Shown: one piece after another, positions 57,620 to 64,000 of the stretch
Numbering within the stretch: position 1 is the stretch's first letter
How the letters are laid out: each line of letters begins with the position of its first letter
Source of the DNA: the human T2T-CHM13v2.0 reference genome, Homo sapiens
Length of the DNA stretch: 64,000 bases
NCBI RefSeq assembly: GCF_009914755.1
Contig: NC_060936.1
Direction: 5' to 3' (one strand)
Program-made: the position numbers and the translations under genes
Notes under the pieces: model-generated
Database searches by the model: none
The model's input: the letters and a program-made list of their open reading frames with translations, nothing else
What the model was told of the DNA's origin: nothing

Positions 57620-58117
57620 GAGACAAGTTCTTACTCTGTCACCCTGGCTGGAGTGCAGTGGCCTGATCATAGCTCATGGCAGCCTCAAACTCCTGGGCTC
57701 AAGTGATCCTCCCACCACAGCCTCCCAAGTAGCTAGGACTGCATGTGTGTGCCACCATGCCTGGCTAAATATTTACATTTTTTGTACAGATGGAGTCTTG
57801 CTATGTTGCCCAGGCTGGTCTTGAACTCCTGGGCTCACATGATCCACCCGCTTTGGCCTCCAAAAGTGCTGAGGTTACAAGGGTGAGCCACTGTGCCCGG
57901 CCTGGTGTATATTCTTGTAGTTGGTTGTTCCACACACAAGTACACAGATACACATATTTTAAAAGAAAATGGATATCATATTCTGTTTAGAAACTTTTTC
58001 ATTTAAATATAGTATGATCTTCATCTCAAGTCTTTCATTACTTTTGTCTGAAAGAGGATCACAACCTCACTATATGGCAGGCCCCACGCTCATCATGCTG
58101 GCCACATTGTTCCTCAC

Positions 58118-58851
58118 TATAGTCGGTTGAGTTCTGGTTCCCAACAGCTATGTTCACCCCAAACCTTAGAATACAACCTTATTTGGAATAAGGGTCTTTG
58201 TAGGTATAACTAAGGTAAAGATCTCAAGATGAGAGCATCCTGGATTAGGGTGGGTTATAAAGACAGGCATATTTATGGCCAGGCCTGCTGGATCACACCT
58301 GTAATCCCAACACTTTGGGAGGCTGAGGCAGGTGGATCACCTGAGGTCAGGAGTTCAAGACCAGCCTAGCCAACATGGCAAAACCCTGTCTCTACTAAAA
58401 ATAGAAAAATTAGACAGGTGTGGGGGTGCATGCCTATAATCCCAGCTGTGTGAGAGGCTGAGGAAGGAGAACCGCTTGAGCCCGGGAGGCAGAGTTGCAG
58501 TGAGCCGAGATGAAGCCACTGCATTCCAGCCTGGGTGACAGAGCGAGACTCTGTCTCAAATACAGACCAAAAAAAAAGAGAAGAAAAGACAGGTGTCTGT
58601 AAGAAGAGAGGACACAGAGGGGACCACCATGTGGTGACAGGGGCAGAGATTGGAGTGAAGCGTCTACAAGCCAAGGAAAGTCCAAGAGTGCCAGCAGTCT
58701 CCGAAAGCTCGGAGTGAGGCATGAAACATTTTCCCTTAGCCTCCAGATGGAACCAACCCTGCCAACACCTTGATTCTGCACTTCTAGCTTCTAGATCTGT
58801 GGGAGAATACATTTCTATTGTTCCAAGCCACCCAGCCACAGGAAATGAACA
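58118..58851 (+). mobile_element. MLT1C-type LTR, split by an Alu (~58277-58578)
   Basis: accttatttggaataagggtctttg...ggcagagattggagtga...ccaaccctgccaacaccttgatt. Confidence 0.8.
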
Positions 58852-58872
58852 CGCAGTCACCAACCTAATTCT

Positions 58873-59595
<723 letters not shown>

Positions 59596-59599
59596 TCAT

Positions 59600-60030
59600 C
59601 CCTTGAACGAATCCGCGTTTCACAACGAGGCTCCCCACTGACTCATGCCTCCGAGGCTGGGGAATCCCTATTTTCCTCTGAGCTCATCCCTGACATCTCT
59701 TCCTCTTTAAGGTGATCCTTGCTTTTGGCTTTTTACCTGTACATTGCTTGGTGATACAGACAAGCCAACTGCTCTGAAAGCACAGAGGTAATTCCAGAGC
59801 ATCCACCTTTCTTCATTTACTGTCATTCACCCAGAGCTGGGAGCCTGTCTCTAAATTCCTTATCTGTGTTCATGTCAGGAGGTTGAAGCAAGCCTCGTCT
59901 TGCCAAATAATCAAGGACTGACAGAGTTAGAAATGAAAGCGTAACAGAAACTTGGACTGATCACAGACTCAAACCAGTACATCTCCTTTCCTTCTCCGAA
60001 TTGGGAACTGAAACCATTCCATAGGAAGCT
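59600..60030. promoter_or_regulatory. Candidate inflammatory/myeloid enhancer 3' of HCAR2
   Basis: Unique DNA with C/EBP GTTTCACAAC 59617-59626, AP-1 TGACTCA 59639-59645, NF-kB GGGGAATCCC 59659-59668, IRF-like GAAATGAAA 59930-59938, GAS TTCTCCGAA 59992-60000 and EICE GGAACTGAAA 60004-60013. Confidence 0.6.
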
Positions 60031-60076
60031 CGCTCTTCCCCCTCCTATGGAAAAATATCTGCCTGGCTTGATTCCC

Positions 60077-60390
60077 TTTTTATATTATTTATTATTATTA
60101 TTTGAGATGAAGTCTTGCTCTGTCCCCCAGGCTGGAGTGCAGGCACACCACCTCGGCTCACTGCAACCTCCGCCTCCCGGGTTCAAGCAATTCTTCTTCC
60201 CCCAGCCTTCCCAGTAGCTGGGACTACAAGCGGCCGCCACCATGCCTGGCTAATTTTTCTTGTATTTTTAGTAGAAGTGGGGTTTCGCCATGTTGTCCAG
60301 GCTGGTCTCAAACTCCTGACCTCAGGGTGATCTGCCCACCTCGGTCCCCTCAAAGTGCTGGGATTACAGGCATGAACCATTGCACCTGGC
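60077..60390 (-). mobile_element. AluS between the candidate enhancer and the HCAR2 3' end
   Basis: TSD ttgattccctttt on both sides. Confidence 0.88.
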
Positions 60391-60699
60391 CTTGATTCCC
60401 TTTTTAATGCACAAATATGAAGAGCAATATTCACCAAACTCTAATAAAATGTAAGTGCTCTTGCAATCCTATCTGTACTATCCTTCCAAATTATTTTTAA
60501 TCCCAGCTCTTTCTATCTTTGTTTAGACACAGGTGTAATTTCTGCTTAGTTGTTTCATGATGTAGCTCAGTGTCTGTGTCTCTTTCTTACTTTGCAGTGT
60601 GGAGTAGTTTTCTACCAGGACATAGTTAACAACCCATAAAGGTCTCTGCTTAAGTAAGAAGTCCATTTCTGTGAACCATAACCCAGATATAGCAACGCC

Positions 60700-61602
60700 A
60701 GACTGTCTCCTATCAAAATTTATTGAAATGGTAGATTTTTGGTAAGTACAGAAACACAAGCGAAGGAACCAGGAGGAACGTGCACCCCTCTAACTGTGGG
60801 GCAGAGGCACATTTCCCTTTTAATGTTAAAAGCAAACAGAGGTGGGAAACAGCTTTCTATCCTGAAGCCGTTTTAACTGCCCAACCCTTAGATTACTATA
60901 AACAAGAGAGGAATGGATTGCATTAGTCGCTGGTTGAAAGCAGCAATGCCATTTCCTTTCCCATAATAACACTGTTTAGCTCAGTCCCTTCTGGGGCTAA
61001 TCCCCTATTACACCCACCGGAAACACAGATATTAACCAAAGCGTGTGAGTCTCTTCCCTGAGTCCATTTCTGCTAAAGCTTGTCTGAAAGATGAATTGGT
61101 CCACGGAAGCCAGGTGACCTACTGGCTTGTTTAATGATGCCTGGGCTCCCTCCAGGAGCAACACAATTCCCTCCAATCTCAGCTCTCCTTATCCCTGCTA
61201 GAGCTCACAAGCAGGCTAGATATCACCCCAGGAGCTGAGCCCCCCCCAGTCTGAGGCAGATGTGGGAAGAAGGCCAACAAGTCACAAGTAGATCTCTGGC
61301 TCCAACTCTGCTCAGCAGAAACGCCTACAATTTGCCCATCTTCAGTCCTGCGAGCGTCAGAGATGAAGCAAAAGTTTCAGATGCCTAGAAGCTTTACTCT
61401 CTGTTCCTCCAGGATTCCTGCGGTCACACCTTGCAACCAGTCTCCCACTCATCTGCCACAGTTTCCCTAAATCAGATTCTCTGAATCTGGAAGTTCCAGG
61501 AAACCTTAGGCCGAGTCCAGTGACATTACTCGATGCAACAGCCCAACTGTTTCTCCAGAGATCCTGGTTCTTGGTGACAATGTCCCTTCTTGGCATGGTT
61601 AT
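60700..61602 (-). other. HCAR2: HCAR2 3'UTR (approximate end)
   Basis: Non-repetitive sequence from the stop codon to the AATAAA at 60719-60724; with a TSS near 62765 this implies a ~2.07 kb mRNA. Confidence 0.75.
60719..60724 (-). terminator. HCAR2: HCAR2 polyadenylation signal AATAAA
   Basis: tttatt on the + strand; a GU-rich tract (tggcgttgctatatctgggttatggtt) follows on the minus strand; cleavage expected near 60700. Confidence 0.8.
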
Positions 61603-62694
61603 TTAAGGAGAGGTTGGGCCCAGATAAGAGGGGCTCCATGGCTCACCGGAGTTGGCCATTAACGCCTCTGGAGCGCCTCTGGTTTTGTTGGGGTCCCCTG
61701 TGAGCTCGACGCTCGTGCTGCGGTTATTATCTGGCTCACCTGTCATCTTCCTCTGGAGGCAGCGGTTGATCAAAGTGGAGAAGAAGTTGGGAAAGGATGG
61801 GCTGGAGAAGTAGTACACCACGGGGTCCAGCATGCTGTTCATGTAGGTGAAGCTGAGAGTGATAAAGAACGCCAGGTCCACCGAGCGGTACACTTCACAA
61901 TTCTGCGTGCCCGAAGTGTGCAGGAGCCAGAAGATGCGGATCCGCACAACCACGCTGGGAAGGAAGCAGATGACAAAGACGATGGCCACCACCATGATGA
62001 AGGTGATGGCTCTCTTGATCTTGGCATGCCGGTCCATTTGTCTCTGCCGCAGGCTCCAGATAATTCTGGCTGAGCAGAACAGGATGATGCCCAGGGGCAG
62101 GAAGAACTCCAGGAGGAACATGGCTTCGTGCCACTGGAAGGTATGGCAGATGCTGAAGCTGCTGCACAAATTTGCACCGCCATTCTGGATCGGCATCTTC
62201 TTCTTCAGGAGGTGGACTGTCAGGCCAATAGTGATGCCCCACAGAAGGCAAGAGATGATGGCTGCTGTCCGATTGGAGATCTTGTTCAGGGCGTGGTGGG
62301 GATGGACCACCCGGAAATACCTGTCTACCGCCACCACCGTGAGGAAGATGATGCTGCCCTGGCGGTTCATAGCCAACATGAAGAGCATCAGCCGGCAAGG
62401 GATGTCCCCAAACTTCCAGTCCCAACGCCTCACATAGTTGTCCATCAGGAAGGGCAGGCAGATGATCAGTAGAAAGTCAGCCACTGCCAGGTTGAACAGG
62501 AAAATCCGGCTGGATTTCCAGGACTTGAGGTGGAAACAGAAAATCCACAGGGCAAGGCCATTGCCCAGAAGCCCGAAGATAAACTCCAGCCCCAACACCG
62601 GCGGCAACACCTTGACAATGAAGTCATCTCGGAACACACAGCAGTTCTTCTTGTCTATTTCCAGAAAGTGATCCTGCAGATGGTGCCGATTCAT
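61603..62694 (-). CDS. HCAR2: Hydroxycarboxylic acid receptor 2 (GPR109A/HM74A/NIACR1), class A GPCR, single exon, 363 aa
   Basis: ATG at 62694 (cat at 62692-62694) gives [19 protein letters not shown]...SYLGPTSP*, 363 aa. Seven hydrophobic segments, DRY motif (AVDRYF), DPVVY in TM7, ligand-binding R111. HCAR2-type residues L83, N86, W91, M103, L107, S178 and the short C-terminus distinguish it from the 387-aa HCAR3. R311 and M317 are present. Confidence 0.98.
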
Positions 62695-62759
62695 GAGTGC
62701 GGCTAGTGAGTCCGATGGAGCGCCTCGCCTAGTGAATGCTCCAGCAAGGAGGTGTGTGT

Positions 62760-63230
62760 CTGTGTGGTGAACGTGTGGTTCCACGCCTGCCTTTATGTCA
62801 TGTCAGGGTGTTGAAATAGATGACTGAATGGTTACCAGGAAACTACGAAATCTCTAAAAAAAAAAAAAAAAAAAAAAAAAGCCAGCAAGGCTCTTATGCA
62901 ACCTGCTGTTTGCATAAACAAGTAATAAGAATCCCCTGGGCATACAGGAACCCACAAAATGTCTTAAATGTAAAGGATAAGTTTAGGCAAGCCGACTGTC
63001 ATTCGAAAATCAGTGAAACATGAAGGACATCCCTTTGGAAGGCTGGGTGCTTGTATGCCAACTGAGTACTCAACGTTGCAGAATTAATTCACCGTCATCT
63101 GCTTGGCTGACATAATTAACAAAACAACAACAATAGCAATAACAATTTTTGGTGCCAAACAGTGAGGTTTTCCAGAAACACTAAGAATTAGCATGAAAAA
63201 TTAACAGGCATATGACATAAACAGTAGCAG
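62760..63230 (-). promoter_or_regulatory. HCAR2: HCAR2 proximal promoter
   Basis: TATA-like CATAAA on the minus strand at 62792-62797 (TSS expected ~62765). RUNX-type TGTGGTT at 62774-62780. A25 tract at 62856-62880. Paired C/EBP-type sites TTATGCAA (62894-62901) and TTGCATAA (62910-62917). GAS-like TTTCCAGAA near 63169. Confidence 0.7.
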
Positions 63231-63549
63231 GCATATGATTTCTTTTGGAAATGCTGAGAAGACAGTAGTTGCCTGTTTGATGAGGACAGACTGGTTGAAT
63301 TTGACCACTTTTCCTATGCTACCTTTCTGTACAAACATGGATTGCTTTTCCATATCAGAACTCTGCCATTCATCTCCAGTTAGGAAAAAAAAAATAGCCT
63401 GCTGGAGAGTGTAATATTTCATAAGACATTTGAAAACTTGAGCCCAGTTTCAGTGGCATGTTAACATAAGTTGGGTTTTTTGTTTGTTTATATTAGATTT
63501 TGATATGCTTCTGTGCTCAAGTGATTTATTTTTAAGTATGTGATTTCTT

Positions 63550-63827
63550 TTTTTTGCAAACTTTGAATTAATGAGAAAAAGGATTCATGAGGCTAGTCGT
63601 AAGCTGTAGCAAATCGGGTGTACTTTGTGCTACAAATTTGTTTTTCTGTGTCGCTCTGCATGAAGAGGGGTACCTTAGGATAGAGCATGGGGTTAGTACC
63701 CCATAAGCTGTCTGTTCTAGACAGCCCAGGAAACTGGTCAGTAAGAAAGTTGGTTGCAGGTCCCTGAAACAAACAAAAAACTGGATGAGGTCTCTAACTT
63801 GTTTTATGTCCTTGGGACCTTAGGATG

Positions 63828-63830
<3 letters not shown>
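63550..63830 (+). mobile_element. ERV1 MER4-group internal fragment upstream of the HCAR2 promoter
   Basis: gattcatgaggctagtcgtaagctgtagcaaatcgggtgtactttgtgcta...gcaggtccctgaaacaaacaaaaaactggatgagg; similar to 37630-37700. Confidence 0.55.

Positions 63831-64000
<170 letters not shown>

Noticed and set aside
57356-57824. K/E/R-rich and F/L/S-rich ORFs (also at 22604-22963, 24843-25136, 37649-38061)
   Set aside because: Translations of CT/GA microsatellites.
61839-62671. Antisense and alternate-frame ORFs over HCAR2 (196, 176, 114, 77 aa)
   Set aside because: Shadow ORFs expected from codon bias in a GC-rich CDS; no recognisable protein features.
61603-62694. Calling the gene HCAR3
   Set aside because: The 363-aa length, PTSP* ending and L83/N86/W91/M103/L107/S178 residues are HCAR2-type.
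62695-62784. 30-aa N-terminal extension of HCAR2 (393-aa ORF in the track)
   Set aside because: It starts at a GTG only ~8 nt downstream of the TATA-like CATAAA, i.e. upstream of the expected TSS (~62765). The known protein starts at MNRHH.

Overview
Human genomic DNA. The gene content places it at 12q24.31, in the hydroxycarboxylic-acid-receptor cluster; that placement comes from recognising the gene, not from a database search. The only protein-coding gene is the intronless HCAR2 (GPR109A, niacin/beta-hydroxybutyrate receptor) on the minus strand: CDS 62694->61603, 363 aa, with its promoter and poly(A) signal. The other ~60 kb lie downstream of HCAR2 and are very repeat-dense. They contain roughly a hundred Alus, many nested, including one consensus-perfect AluYa5. 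They also contain old L1/L2/MIR/MaLR/hAT fragments, a solo LTR12C, a solo LTR1, two MER21-type LTRs, a MER39-like LTR with its leader, a two-LTR LTR8 (HUERS-P1-type) provirus remnant and a 5' U2 snRNA pseudogene fragment. Nearly all ORFs in the supplied track are Alu or microsatellite artefacts. Best leads: (1) a dense NF-kB/AP-1/C/EBP/GAS/EICE motif cluster just 3' of HCAR2; (2) plus-strand candidate exons, one overlapping the HCAR2 poly(A) site, with a possible ERV promoter and donor upstream; (3) the HCAR3-like C-terminal tail kept out of frame in the HCAR2 3'UTR; (4) the LTR8 provirus with non-matching LTRs and an Alu-split env TM frame. No new biological system is demonstrated; the regulatory models are hypotheses. 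Repeat subfamily calls are by recall of consensus sequences and most repeat boundaries are approximate.
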